Assembly: GCA_030390025.1 (NCBI GenBank) | Contig: CM059433.1 | Location: 20,958,001 to 21,022,000 of the forward strand | Source of the DNA: Squalus acanthias | Lineage: Eukaryota | DNA: 64,000 bases | Direction: 5' to 3' | In this document: positions 13,744 to 27,905 of the stretch, piece after piece | How positions within the stretch are numbered: the stretch's first letter is position 1 | How the letters are laid out: every line of letters starts with the position of its first letter | Position numbers and translations under genes: made by a program | Notes under the pieces: model-generated | Seen by the model: only the letters and a program-made list of their open reading frames with translations | Told to the model about the DNA's origin: nothing | The model's database searches: none

Positions 13744-16207
13744 GATGTTAGTTTTCTTGTAGTAATTTTGAATTTGCCACAGAGGACAATAATATAGAAT
13801 CTGTATTATTCTACTGAAGAGCTGCCTGGGGTGAGAAACGGGGCTGCCCTCTCATGCTGTTTGTTCGGTAATGGGACTGTGCACGAGGAGATGTTCTGAA
13901 ACACTTTTCATGGTTCAGTTGTCTCTAGTTCAGAAGATAACCTAGTTAGCTTTGTTTTTTCGCCTGCAGCCATATGAATGATGAATGTGTCAGACTTCTG
14001 AAACCAGCTGCTCAGAGCACACAGGCGTGCAACTCATTCAACCTCAGGGGCTAGGAAACCATGCACCTCGGCATACACATAATCCATTCTGTTCTAACTC
14101 TGAGTGGCAGTGGCCAGGGATGACGATGGATGATTTCCCCTCTCAGCTCTCTGCGAGGAAGCTGCTGCTCAAATCTTACTCATGGAGAATCTCTGGAAAG
14201 AAAAACAAAAATCACCTGCGGTAAATAACTTCAAAAGTTTAAATAATGCTTGCTGAGCATTGGTTAAGATCGTTCCTTTTCAAGTGATCTGCTTGTCAAC
14301 TTCCAGCCAATTGCATGACCTGTGTGTCACACAAACTCTATTCTCTATAGCCTTATGCAAATAAATCATCTTGAAAACAGTTTCTCTGAACAATTGAAGC
14401 CTCAGCTAGTGTCAGTAGAGTTTACTGGCACTTTTGTGATGGGTTGACTAAGATGCAGTCAGTTAATCCTGAAAATAAAATCAATTACGCAAGACAATTT
14501 TTTTTCAAAAGGACCCAGAAATCAAAACGCCTGCATGAAGTGCCAGGTTTTTCAACAGGTTTGCATTGATCATTTGAAACAGGGAAGCACCAGTATAAGT
14601 TTTGTTAAGAAATCAAAGCAAGCGTAAAAGCTTCATAGTGCAAGACTCCAGCAAGGTTGACAACAGGAGAGAACATGAGATAAATCAAGCAGTAGTGGCA
14701 CAAAGCTCAATTTGTAGATTGTAGGAGGAAGAGAAGACTGAAGGGACCTAAAGGGATCCACAGTTTGATGTTTTGAACAGAAATTAATAACAACATTGAG
14801 ACTGTGCAGTGAGTCTTCATTTCAACATAACAAACATGTGGAGAGGAGGAAGAGAATGTAGGACAGAACAGCTGCAGTTTCAGAGGAAGAAGAGAGGAAA
14901 GTTCAGAGGACCGTTGACCATGGCCAGTAATTTGATGTATTTTGGATCAATAGCAATCTTTATCTTGCCTCCTGTCCAGATTTGGGATCAGTATTCAAGT
15001 CTTGCATGGACTTGGATTTTTTAAGGGAGTTAGCACTTGTTGAGGATAAATAAAACTCTAGCATCTTTACTGGGACAAAAGAGTATTTTTTTTTTTAAAT
15101 CCCAATTTGCAAAAGCAAAGAGATGCATACTTAAAAAACAAATCAGGTCTTCCAGCACACAAAGGGTCAAGGACTGGAAGGAGCAATTTCATTGGAAAAT
15201 TGCTTCAGATACATTTCAGAATCTTGCTCTGGTTGACATTACCAGGGGATTCACATTAGAAGCTTGTATGTCTGGTCAGAAGCTGTGAAAGTAGATAATT
15301 AAAAATAAATAATCTGCTTCAGAGCCTGAGGGTTATCCAACTGACACTATCGTTCCCAAATATGTTCGACATACAGAAAATGCTGCAAATACACAGCAGA
15401 TTTGATCAGCATATGAAAGAGAAAGAAATACATTAATATTTGGCGTGTGACTCTTAATCAGAAGACTAAATATACCAGGGTGGTGATAGGGGTGCTAAAA
15501 TTGGCCCTGCCCCTAGGTTAGGGAGGGGAATATAAGACAGGATTTATGCTCCAGATGGCTATCCAGTGGCTCCTCATACATGTCTGTACACCTCTGTACA
15601 CACCTGGCACCCATAGAACTAGAACCCAAACAAGGATAAAAATGCTTTCAGGAGAGGAGAGCAAAGAATTACTGAGTAGGGATTGTATTTTTAAGAAGAA
15701 CATTGCATATTATAGAGTATTGATGACATTTTAGCCCATCTGTTTCAGATGTTCACTGATTTTCTATGCATTTCCAACATTTTCTGTTTTTATTTCCTAA
15801 ATAATTTTATGACATGGGGTGCAAGTTTCATTAAAAACTTGTTACGAGCACCTGTAGTACCTATTGCTCCTGTAGGTGGTGCAGTGATGTGTATTTTCAA
15901 TGTTAAAGGTGTCACACTGTGTGACATACAATACCTACTATTTCATAGTGAAACTATAGTGCCCTGAGATTGTGCAATCTGGCCACCCATAAACTGCTAA
16001 AAAATGCCTTCTGAAAATTTATTCCTGCTGCCATTTTATTTTCAGTAACTGAAAGTTATAATATCCAAAATAAGGGTTTAAACAAAATAAATTTTAAAAG
16101 ATCACATATTTCACAATAACATAATTATGAATTGTCCTTTGTGTCGTTTGATATCTTCCATAATGTTTTAACTCGACAGCCTCAGCCGGGCTGGGCTTTG
16201 GCTGATT

Positions 16208-16980
16208 GGGCTGTAATTTGCGGCCCCTACGGGTGCGTATGAGGTGCACACGCGCCCGTAAGGGCCGCGCAAGTTCCAGGTTTAGGCATGCAATGCGCAT
16301 GCGCTAAAACCTGGAACTTGTGATCTGTCAAGAATTTTCAAGAATTTGACAGATCATCCGCATCCCCGGGTGAAGGGCATCCGCAGACGGAGAGTTGCGC
16401 TATTTACCAACTTCTGCCCAGCGAATGCCCATGAAATTTTTACGCCTGGTAAAAGCAGGCATAAGACTTGATTTTACCAGCGTAAGAGTTTTAAAAAACA
16501 GAAAAATAAAATTTTATCAATAATTTATACATTTAAAAACTTGTTAAATAAGGTAAGTTTATTTTAAGCCCCTTTAAAACATGTACATTTATTTTTCAAA
16601 AAATTAAATTTTTGTTTTAAATATTTAATTAAATGCCATTTTAATTAATTCTAAATATGTGATTTAAAAAAAAAATTATTTGAAGTATAGAGGTATTTTT
16701 TGGGGTATTCCTATTCATACTTATGGGGTTTCCATAAATACAGAATCCCCATAAGCATGAGTGGGGATCCCTTTCTTTCACTCGTTGGACCGGCCCACGT
16801 GATCCCAGGGGCGCTTGTGAACCACCTGCGCCCCGAGATACGTTGGCCTCTACCCGCGGGTACCCGGAGAGGCCCAGGACCGCGAGTCTCCGTACCTCCC
16901 GGACCACCAGGTACGCGGGCATTTTATTTGCGGATCGGAGGCATTTCCCCGCGGGAAGCCTCGACTGCAAATTTAGGGCC
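16208..16980. mobile_element. MITE family M1, inverted relative to 7372-8107
   Basis: Exact 3-bp TSD ATT (16205-16207 / 16981-16983). The reverse complement of the right end matches the 7372 left end (GGCCCT.AA.TTGCAGTCG.AGGCTTCCCGCGGG). Confidence 0.8.
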
Positions 16981-17065
16981 ATTCGTTTTACCGCGCAACA
17001 GTTGAGAGAACGTTCAATCATGCCTGTGTATTTTGAGCATGTATGGTTCATAGAATTCCCAAGAA

Positions 17066-17667
17066 TTGCAAGGGGGATGGAGTATAAAAGTAGGGGAGTC
17101 TTGCTACAACTGTTCAGGGTATTGGTGAGACCACACCTGGAGTACTGCGTACAATTTTGGTCTCCTTATTTAAGGAGGTATATAATTGCATTGGAGGAAG
17201 TTCAGAGAAGGTTCACTAGGTTGATTCCTGAGATGAAGGGGTTGTCTTATGAAGAAAGGTTGAGCAGGTTGGGCCTCTACACATTGGAGTTTAGAAGAAT
17301 GAGAGGGGATCTTATTGAAACATATAAGATGCTGATGGGGCTTGACAAGGTAGATGCAGAGAGGATGTTTCCCCTCGTGGGGGAATCTAGATTTAAAACG
17401 GAGATGAGGAGGAATTTCTTCTCTCAGAGGGTTGTGAATCTGTGGAATTCTCTACCCCAGAGAGCTGTGGAGGCTGGGTCATTGAATATATTTAAGGTGG
17501 AGATAGACAGATTTTTGAACGATAAGAGAGTCGAGGGTTATGGGGAATGGGCAGGGAAGTGGAGTTGAGGCCAAGATCAGATCAGCCATGATCTTATTGA
17601 ATGGCGGTGCAGGCTCGAGGGGCCAAATGGCCTTCTCCTGCTCCTATTTCTTATGTTCTTATGTTCT
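17066..17667 (+). mobile_element. CR1 3' fragment
   Basis: ARGMEYKSRGVLLQLFRVLVRPHLEYCVQFWSP...GKWS*, followed by a (TTCTTATG)n tail. Confidence 0.93.
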
Positions 17668-19039
17668 AATGCGGTCTGTGCATGTGCATGCATTTTTTGC
17701 ATCAACCGGAGTTGAATGAGAGGAAAGGTGTTTCCCCTCATCCTGTGAGGATCTGGGAGTCTCTTTGCTTTTTCCAAAAGGCTTTGAAAGAAAATGGATA
17801 TTGAATTCTCAAAGCTTTCATTGCAGGCGAGTGATGTATTTGTAGAAAAATATTACAAGTGTACTTTAATTAATAGGGAATGGATGTTTTTAACCAAATC
17901 AGTGCTTCTCATTGCTTATGTTTAGTTAAAATCCATCTCTCCTGAACCATTTTTGAGAGTTTAATGATTTTCACGTAAAAAGTTGAAAACTGCATTAAAG
18001 ATGAACTTCCATTGTTTTATGAGGTAATTTTTTTTCTGGAAAATGTATGTTTATTAAAGACTGTAGAAGTGAGCAAAGTCACTAATAGTGCACGTCTGGT
18101 GCATGTTGGCAGTGCACATTAGGAAGTACCACAGCCTCAGCCAGAATGTTCTCTCCTTGAATTTTAACAAACTGAAAACAAATGCTTAAATGCTTAAAGG
18201 CCAGGACAGAAAGGTAGGCACTGCCTGACAATGGGAAAGTAGTGGTCGGGATACCTGATCTGGGGCACACGTGAGGGTTGGAGCCTGATGGTTCAAAAGT
18301 TGTCAACAGTAATTTGCGCATTATTACCTGTCCTACTAAAGTACTGGGAGGAAGAGAACGTGAACGAGATGATTGTGTATTAACCCTTTCCCCCATAAAA
18401 TATTTTAACGCCCCTTTTATGTATTATTTATTTGGAAGGGATTCAGTAATTGTGCCAGTTTTTGTTGGTGTGGAATTATCCTACAGGGTGAATTTAGCAA
18501 CAAGGAAAATACAGTTCCATCTTGCTAACAAATCTTAAACAAATGCTAATGAATGTTTGCGACTTTTTGACTCCGGCCGCAGACTTCTCCCGCATTCCTG
18601 GCCTGTACAGGTGAGGAGAAAGTTGAGCCTTTACATGGCTAGACCCAAACTGCTGTCGGAGCGAGCTGTTCAGTTTTACTGTTGCTGCCACTTTTGAGCG
18701 GAGGTGGGGAGTGAAAGGTCCACTCCAAGAGGCTTTCATTGACCCTAGCAACAGTGTCAGGTTCTTATTGTAAAGGGTTGCTTCTGGCAGCTATATTCCC
18801 ATCAAAGGTAACCATGTTGTGAAAAGGGGACAATGGAGAAACTGTGAGAGGGATGATGTATTGTTGCCCTCTTCCTATTATGTACTGCAAGAGGGACACA
18901 ATATGATGGAGAGCAACCAGTGTATATAAAACATTGCTATTTACCATTGAAACACAGTGAGCACACAAAAGAACTTTTTCCTCTTCCTGCTTTATCCTTT
19001 TTTAAATGCAATGGATGGGGCTATGCTATGATTCAGCAG

Positions 19040-19260
19040 TCCACCTTTTCCAAATAATCCATTCTTCATGCTTGAGTGACAGTAAGCTATTAGCAGAAAA
19101 GAGCCAGATACTGTCAGAGCCCAACATCCGCACACATGCACTTTCTATGAAGAGCCCCTGATAACAGTGACAGGAATCCTGGCTGATTTTCTTCGCAGCC
19201 AATAAATGTAGCATCCCCAATTGCCCTTACTGCGATCAACTAATTAGGCCAGACCACTTA
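19040..19260 (-). mobile_element. Degenerate AmnSINE2-like SINE
   Basis: The reverse strand reads AAAATCAGCCAGGATTCC..GAAAGTGCATGTGTGCGGA..CATGAAGAATGG. Confidence 0.5.
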
Positions 19261-19640
19261 TCCACTTAAATATATGTGAATAAATGCATAATTAAGGCCA
19301 ATACCTCCTATATTAGTGTTTCCACTTTATATCATTTTTTATGTACTTGTATATGCCTTTGAATCAGTGTGAAAGCAATGTCTGGCAGAATTGACAAAGA
19401 CAACCTTCAAAGTGTTTTTGTCTCTTTGGCCACAACTTTTCTTTTGACAATTTTCTTCTTCCTCTTCTGAAGCCATTGACTTCTTACTGGGGTCTGCTTC
19501 TACGTGTGCTGAGGGTCCTCCTGTCTCTCAGCCAGCTGGCTAACATTCACCCGCGAGCAGTGAATGGCAGTAGGCTATCTGACTAGAGATGTGCACAGTT
19601 CTACCCTAAATTAACATCTATGTATGTGCATGTGTGTATT

Positions 19641-19960
19641 TAAGAACATAAGAAACAGGAGCAGGAATAGGCCACTTGGCCCCTCGAGCCTGCTCCACCA
19701 TTCAATAAGATCATGGCTGATCTTGGGCTCAAAGCCACTTCCCAGCCCGCTCCACATAACCCTTCACTCCCTTATCTTGCAAAAATCTATCTATCTCCAC
19801 CTTAAATGTATTTAATGACCCAGCCGCCACGGTTCTCTGGGGCAGAGAATTCCATAGATTTACGACCCTCTGAGAGAAGAAATTCCTCCTCATCTCAGTT
19901 CTAAAAGAGCAACCCTTTATTCTGAAACTATGCCCCCGAGTTCTAGATTTCCCCACGAGT
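19641..19960 (-). mobile_element. CR1 3' end
   Basis: SRTRGHSFRIKG..RRNFFSQRVVNLWNSLP, with a tail reading AAGAACATAAGAA on the plus strand. Confidence 0.9.
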
Positions 19961-19989
19961 GTATATATACTGCACGTATTCACACACAC

Positions 19990-20180
19990 ACAAACACACA
20001 CCTCCAGCTGAATAGTGACCTGGAATACTGGCTGATTTCCCCCGCGATGTGGAGGCCAATTTCAGCGCCCCTTCTGCCATCCTAGGTGAAGTCGGCTGAT
20101 CGAGGATTGAACCTGGGAGCTTGCTGGTCTTCACAGCACAGTTTCTCATTGGATAAACTTGCCAAGCCATCGAGGGCCCT
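19990..20180 (-). mobile_element. AmnSINE2-like SINE 5' part
   Basis: The reverse strand has a B-box-like CCCAGGTTCAATCC, then AAATTGGCCTC and AAATCAGCCAG. Confidence 0.5.
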
Positions 20181-21371
20181 TGCTGCTCTTTAATTACAGC
20201 AACTAAAATGAACTGTTCAACTGATTCCTTTCAAACTGCCTCTTTGCAATTGAAACTAAACTGAAACTGATGAGAGTGCAATTAATAAACTGTTTTACAC
20301 CTGGTGAATTGTATTATTAACTACCTGTCAACCCAAGTATTCGCAGCTGTGCAGTTTGTGTATAAACATATAGAATAATAACTGGCAGCGCACTCCAAGG
20401 CAATAACACAACCAAGGAGTTCAGCTGATATTAGAATGAGTGAAAGTTGACTGCACGGCAACAAACCATGACTCATTGTTCAGATTAGCGTTTGCACCTT
20501 GGAATTCTACATTCAAGCTCCAGATTTCAACATTGCCACTTTGGGAACATGCTAAGTGGAAGCGAAGCATATTCCCGCAGGAAAGGATAATTAGCAAGTG
20601 AATCCCTCAGGCTAATTGCCTGCACCTCTCGGCAGCTGGTTTCGGAATATTCTGGGCAAAATCCTGCTCAGCTTCTTCAGTTGGAAAATAATCAGGGAGT
20701 AGTGCACAGCACTCGAAGAAAGGAGGGCCGAAAAGAAAGGAAGTTTAATGAAAAAACAATGAGACAAATTTGATGTCAATAAAGAGCCATACTCAAATGG
20801 ATTCTACAGAAATCTTCGACATTTGTGTTAATGTTTTTAGCTTCCCTCCAGCAATTGTCTGTTTATTGAAAAAAATTGTCCGGATTTGATTCATGAAGAG
20901 TTATAAATACCTAGTTGCTGTGTTCCAGAAATCTGAAATCCCTGTAGAGTAAGTCTAAATGCTGACAGCAAATCAAGATATTGATCACTTCAATGGTAGA
21001 TTGGTTTCACATGGTTATTTGATGCTGGGATTGCATTGTAGGAAATTGAATAACATGTAATCTGGTACATTTCAGATGTGCTTGCTGTCCTGACTTGGTT
21101 TCAGGGCAGTATATGCACGTGACTATCTCGCCTCATGCACTCTCCAAGCTCAGCTTGACCACGAGACCTGCTCCCTTGACCCTATTTGCACCAAACTGTT
21201 GACCACCTGACTTCCCTTCCTGGCACCCATGTTAGCTGATATTGTTAATGGTGCCCTCTCCTCAGGTACTGTCCCCCTCCCCTTCAAATCTGCTGTCAGA
21301 TTCCACATGTATGCTGATGTCACCCAGCTCTACCTCACCACCACCTCTCTCAACACCTCCACTATCTCTGA

Positions 21372-22312
21372 TCTAGACTTGAATATAGGGGGTATGATTA
21401 AGAAGTTTGCAGATGCTACTAAAATCGGCTGTGTGGTTGATAATGAAGAAGGAAGCTGTAGACTGCAGGAAGGTATCAATAAATTGGTCAGGTGGGCAGA
21501 ACAGTGGCAAATGGAATTCAATCCGGAGAAGTGTGAGGTAATGCATTTGGGGAGGGCTAACAAGGAAAGGGAATACACATTAAATGGTACGACACTGAGT
21601 AGTGTAGTGAAACAAAGGGACATTGGAGTGCATGTCCACAGATCCCTGAAGGTAGCAGGCCAGGTAGATAAGGTGGTTAAGAAGGCATACGGAATGCTTG
21701 CCTTTATTAGCCGTGGCATAGAATACAAGAGCAGGGGGGTTATGCTTCAACTGTATGAAACACTAGTTAGGCCTCAGCTAGAGTACTGCGTGCAGTTCTG
21801 GTCACCGCATTACAGGAAAGAGAGGGTACAGAGGAGATTTACAAGGATGTTGCCGGGAATAGAGAATCTTAGCTATGAGGAAAGACTGGATAGGCTGGGT
21901 TTATTTTCCTTGGAACAGAGGAGGCTGAGGGGAGACCTTATTGAGGTGTAGAAAATTATGAGGGGCCTAGATAAAATGGATAGAAAGGACCTGTTTCCCT
22001 TAGCAGAGGGGTCAAAAACCAGGGGGCACAGATTTAAAGTAATTGGTGGAAGGTTTAGAGGTGATTTGAGGGGAAATTTCTTCACCCAGAGGGTTGTGGG
22101 AGTCTGGAACTCACTGCCTGAAAGGGTGGTAGAGGCAGGAACCCTAACCACATTTAAAAAGTACTTGGATGTGCACTTGGGATGCTGTAACCTGCAGGGC
22201 TACGGACCAAGAGCTGGGAAGTGGGATTAGGCTGGATAGCTCTATGTTGGCCGGCGCAGACACGATGGGCTGAAATGGCCTCCTTCCGTGCTGTAACTTT
22301 CTATGATTCTGT
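21372..22312 (+). mobile_element. CR1 fragment nested in L2
   Basis: KFADATKIG, EFNPEKCEVMHLG and RPQLEYCVQFWSP. The tail is TTTCTATGATTCTGTG. Confidence 0.92.
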
Positions 22313-23136
22313 GATTTGTCATGCTGCTGGTCTGACATCCAGTACTGGATGAGCAGAAATTTCTTCCTACTAAATATTAGGAAGACTGCAGCCATTGGCT
22401 TTGTTCCCCGCCACAAACTCCGTACCCTAGTCGCCAACTCCATTCCTCTCCCTGGTCACTGTCTCAGGCTGAACCAGACCATTCGCAACCTTGGCGTCCT
22501 ATTTGATCCTGAGATGAGCTTCTGACCACACATCTGCTCCATCACGAAGACCGCCTACTTCCACCTCCGTAACATCGCCTGTGCCTGCCCCTGCCTCAGC
22601 TTATCTGCTGCTGAGACCCTCATCCATGCCTTTCTTACCTCTAGACTTGACTATTCCAACGCACTCCTGGCTGGCCTCCCACATTCTACCCTCTGTAAAC
22701 TTGAACTCATCCAAAACTCTGCTGCTCGTATCCTAACTTGCACCAAGTCCCGTTCACCCATCACACCTGTGCTCGCTGACCTACATTGGCTCCCGGTTCG
22801 GCAACGCCGCGACTTTAAAATTCTCCTCCTTGTTTTTAAATCCCTCCAAGGCCTCACCCCTCCCAAACTCTGTAACCTCCTCCAGCCCTACAACCCTCCA
22901 AGATCTCTGTACTCCTTCAAATCTGGCCTCTTGAGCATCCCCGATTTTAATCGCTCCAATTGGTGGCCATGCCTTCAGCTGTCTAGGTCCTAAGCATTGG
23001 AATTCCCTCCCATAAACTCTCTGACTCTCTACCTTGCTCTCCTCCCTTAAGATACTCATTAAAACCTACCTCTTTGACCCAGTTCTCCAGTCCTAATATC
23101 ACCTTATGTGGCACGGTGTCAAATTTTTTTTGATAA

Positions 23137-25841
23137 CATAAGAAAATAAGAAGATAAGAACATAAGAATTAGGAGCAGGAGTAGGCCATACGGCCCCTGG
23201 AGCCTGCTCCACCATTCAATAAGATCATGGCTGAAGTTTGACATTAACTCCACCTTCCTGCACTATCCCCATATCCCTTGATTCCCATCGTGTCCAAAAA
23301 TCTATTGATTTCAGTCTTAAGTATACTCAACGACTGAGCATCCACTGAGGGGAAACAGCCTCTCAGCATCTCCCCTGTCAAGCCCTCTAAGAATTTTATA
23401 CGTTTCAATGCTTCTCATTCTTCTAAACTCCAGAAAATGTAAGCTATTCTATTCAATCTCTTCTCAAAGGACAGCCCTCTTATCCCAGGAATCAGTCTAG
23501 TGAACCTTTGTTGCACTCCCTCTAAGGCAAGTATATCCTTCCTTAGGTAAGGAGATCAAAACTGTAAACAGTACTCCAGGTGTGGTCTCACCAAGGCCCT
23601 ATATAATAGCAGCAAGACTTCCTTACTCTTATACTACAATCCCCTTGCAATAAAGGCTAATATACCATTTGCCTTCCTAATTGCTTGCTGTACCTGCATG
23701 TTAATGTTCTGTGATTTGTGTACAAGAACACCCAAATCCCTCTGAATACCAACATTTACTAGTCTCTCACCTTTTAAAAAATATTCTGCTGTTCCATTCT
23801 TCCTTTCAAAGTGGATAATTTCACACTTCCCCACATTATACTCCATCTGCCACCTTCTTTCCCAATCACTTAACTGGTCTATATGCCTTTGCAGCCGCTT
23901 TACGTCCTCCTCACAGCTTACTTTCCCACCTAGCTTTGTATCATCAGCAAACTTGGTCCCCTCATCTAAGTCATTGATATAGATTGTAAATAGCTGAGGC
24001 CAAGCACTAATCCTTGCGGCACTCCACTAGTTACACCCTGCCATCCTGAAAATTACCCGTTAATTCCTACTCTCTGTTTTCTGTCTGTTAACCAATCCTC
24101 AATCCATGCTAATATATTACCTCCGATTCCATGAGCCCTAATTTTGTGTAACAACCTCTTGTGCGGCAGCTTATCGAATGCCTTCTGAAATCCAAATGTA
24201 CTATATCCGCTGGTTCTCCCTTATCTACACTGCTAGTTACAACCTCAAAAAACTCTAATAGATTTGTCAAACACGATTTCCCTTTCAAAAAACCATGTTG
24301 ACTCTGTCTAATCATATTGTGATTTTTCTAGTGCCCTGTTACCACATCCTTCATCATAGATTCTAGCATTTTCCCTACTACTGATGTCAGCCTAACTGGC
24401 CTGCAGTTCCCTGTTTTCTCTCTCCCTCCTTTCTTGAACAATGGGGTTACATTTGCTACCTTCCAATCCACGGGGACCGTTCTAGGATCGAGGAAATTCT
24501 GGAAGATCAAAACCAATGCATCCACTTTCTCTGCAGCCACCTCTTTTAAAACCCTAGGATGTGGGGCAACAAGTCCTGTGGATTTGTCAGCTTTTAGTCC
24601 CATTCATTTCTACAGTACTTTTTCTTTACTAATATTAATTTCTTAAAGTTCCTCACTCTCATTAGACCCTTGGTTCCCCACAATTTCTGCTATGCTCTTT
24701 GTGTCTTCTACTGTGAAGACAAACACAAAATATTTGTTTAATATCTCTGCCATTTCCTTACTCTCATTACAATTTCCCCTGTCTCTGCTTCTAAGGGATC
24801 CATGTTTACTTTCTCTGATCTCTTCCTTTTTACAAAAGCTCTTTGTAAAAGCTCTTACAATCTGTTTTTATATTTCTTATAAGTTTAGACACATTCCATT
24901 TTCTCCCTCTTTTTCACTTTCTTGGTCATCCTTTGCTGATTTTTAAAACCCCTCCAATCTTCAGGCTTACTACTCTTTTTGGCAACATTGTAAACCTCTT
25001 CTTTTAATCTAATGCTATCCTTAACTTCTCTAATCAGCCATGGTTGTATCACTTTTCCAGTGGAGTTTTTATTCCTCAAGGGAATGTATATTTGTTGAGA
25101 ATTAGGAATTACTTCTTTAAATGTTTGCTATTGCTTACCTACCATCATATCTTTTAATCTAATTTCTCAATCTACCTCAGCCAACTTGCCTCTCATACCT
25201 TCGTAATTGGCTTTATTTAAATTTAAGACCCTAGTTTTGGACTTAATCACATCACTCTCAAACTTAATATGACGTTCTATTATATTATGATCACGCTTCC
25301 CTAGGGGATCCTTTACTATCAGATTACTAATTAACCCTGTTTCATTACACAGTACTAGATCTAAAATAGTCTGTTCCCTAGTTGGTTCCTCGATATAGTG
25401 TTCTAGAAAACTGTCTCAAATGCATTTCATGAACTCGTTCTTTTGCCAATTTGGTTTGCCCAGTCAATATCAAGATTAAAATCCCCCAGGATTACTGCAT
25501 TACCCTTGTTACATGCTCTTCTAATTTCCTGATTTATACTCTGTTAGGGGGCCTGTAAACTACTCCCACCAGTGTTTTCTGCTCTCTGCTATTTCTTAGC
25601 TCCACCCATACTGGTTCTGCATCCTGATTTTCTGGGCTAAGATCCTTTCTCATTACTGCCTTTATCTCATCCTTTATTGTCAGGCTACCCCACCTTCTTT
25701 TCCATTTTGCCTATCTTTTCTATAAGTCAAGTACCTTAGAATATTTAGTTCCCAACTTTGGTCATCCTGCAAGCATGTCTCAGTAATGGCTACTAGATCA
25801 AACTCATTCATCTCTATTTGTGCCATTAATTCATCTATCTA
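23137..25841 (-). mobile_element. Degenerate CR1 (endonuclease remnant plus RT) nested in L2
   Basis: Minus-strand ORFs contain [19 protein letters not shown] and [14 protein letters not shown]. The tail reads ATAAGAAAATAAGAAGATAAGAACATAAGAA on the plus strand. Confidence 0.92.
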
Positions 25842-25891
25842 TGCTCTTGTGAAGCACCTTGGGATGCTTTACTGCGTTAATGGCACTATAT

Positions 25892-27905
25892 ATATTTTAT
25901 TATTTATTCATTCATGGGATGTGGGCATCGCTGGCAAGGCCATCATTTATTGCCCATCCCTAATTGCCCTTGAGAAGGTGGTGGTGAGCCACCTTCTTGA
26001 ACCGCTGCAGTCCGTATGGTGAAGGTACTCCCATTGTGCTGTTAGGGAGGGAGTTCCAGGATTTTGACCCAGCGATGATGAAGGAACAGCGATATACTTC
26101 CAAGTCAGGATGGTGTGTGACTTGGAGGGGAGATTGGAAGTGATGGTGTTCCCATGCGCCTGCTGCCCTTGTCCTTCTAGGTGGTAGAGGTCGCAGGTTT
26201 GGGAGGTGCTGCCAAAGAAGCCTTGGCGAGTTGCTGCAGTCCATCTTGTAGATGGTACACACTGCAGCCATGGTACGCTGGTGGTGGAGGGAGTGAATGT
26301 TTAAGGTGGTGGATGGGGTGAAAATCAAGTGGGCTGTTTTGTCCTGGATGGTGTCGAGCTTCTTGAGTGTTGTTGGAGCTGCGCTCATCCAGGCAAGTGG
26401 AGAGTATTCCATCACACTCCTTACTTGTGCCTTGTAGATGGTGGAAAGGCTTTGCGGGGGTCAGGAGGTGAGACACTCGCCCCAGAATACCTAGCCTCTG
26501 ACCTGCTCTTGTTGGTCCAATTAAGCTTCTGGTCAATGATGACCCCCAGGATGTTGATGGTGTGGATTTGGCGATAGTAATGCCATTGAATGTCAAGGGG
26601 CAGTGGTTAGACTCTTGCTTGTTGGAGATAGTCATTGCCTGGCACTTGTGTGATGCGAATGTTACCTGCCACTTATCAGCCCAAGCCTGAATGTCATCCA
26701 GGTCTTGTTGCATGCGGGCATGGACTGCTTCATTATCTGAGGAGTTGCGAATGGCACTGAACACCGTGCAATCATCAACGAACAGCCCCATTTCTGACCT
26801 TATGTTGGAGGGAAGGTCATTGATGAAGCAGCTAAACATGGTTGGGCCGAGGACACTGCCCTGAGGAACTCCTGCAGCGATGTTCTGGGGCTGTGATGAT
26901 TGACCTCGAACCACCACAATCATCTTCCTTTGTGCTAGGTATGACTCCAGCCAGTGGAGAGTTTTCCCCCCGATTCCCATTGACTTCAATTTTACTAGGG
27001 CTCCTTGATGCCACACTTGGTCAAGGGCAGTCACTCTCTCCTCACCTCTGGAATTCAGCTCCTTTGTCCATTTTTGGACCAAGGCTGTAATGAGGTCTGG
27101 AGCTGAGTGGTCCTGACGGAACCCAAACTGGGCATCAGTGAGCAGGTTATTGGTGACTAAGTGCTGCTTGATAGCACTGTCGACGACATCTTCCATCACT
27201 TTGCTGATGATTGAGAGTAGACTGATTGGGCAGTAGTTGACCGGATTGGATTTGTCCTGCTTTTTGTGGACAGGACCTACCTGGGCAGTTTTCCACATTG
27301 TCGGATGGATGCCAGTGTTGTAGCTGTATTGGAACAGCTTGGCTAGATGCGCGGCTAGTTCTGGAGCACAAGTCTTCAGCATGACAGCTGTGATGTTGTC
27401 TGGGCCCGTAGCCTTTGCTGTATCCAGTACGCTCAGCTGTTTCTTGATATCATGTGGAGTGAATCGAATTGGCTGAAGACTGGCTTCTGTGATGGTGGGG
27501 AACTCAGGAGGAGGCCGATGTGGACCATCCACTCAGCACTTCTGGCTGACGATGGTTGCAAACACTTCAGCCTTGTCTTTTGCACTCACGTGCTGGGCTC
27601 CACAATCATTGAGGATGGGGTTATTCATGGAGCCTCCTCCTCCCGTTAGTTGTTTACTGGTCCACCACCATTTACGACTGGGTGTGGCAGGACTGCAGAG
27701 CTTTGATCTGATCCGTTGATTGTGGGATCGCTTAGCCCTGTCTAGAGCATGCTGCTTCCGCTTTTTAGCATGCATGTAGTCCAGTGTTGCAGCTTCCCCA
27801 GGTTGGCACCTCATTTTTAGGTACAGCTGGTGCTGCTCCTGGCATGCTCTTCTACACTCCTTATTGAACCAGGGTTGGTCCCCTGGCTTGATGGGAATGG
27901 TAGTA
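25892..27905 (-). mobile_element. LINE family B, 2 kb 5'-truncated copy
   Basis: ORF 26177-27532 has RT motifs (KATGPDNI, QFGFRQDHS, GVPQGSVLGP, GLFVDDC). The 3' UTR matches 12250-13743. Confidence 0.92.

Noticed and set aside
16843..17568. 241-aa ORF as a novel gene
   Set aside because: Chance read-through from MITE sequence into a CR1 RT C-terminus.
21229..21951. 240-aa ORF with two YADD-like motifs
   Set aside because: An in-frame junction of an L2 and a nested CR1 fragment.
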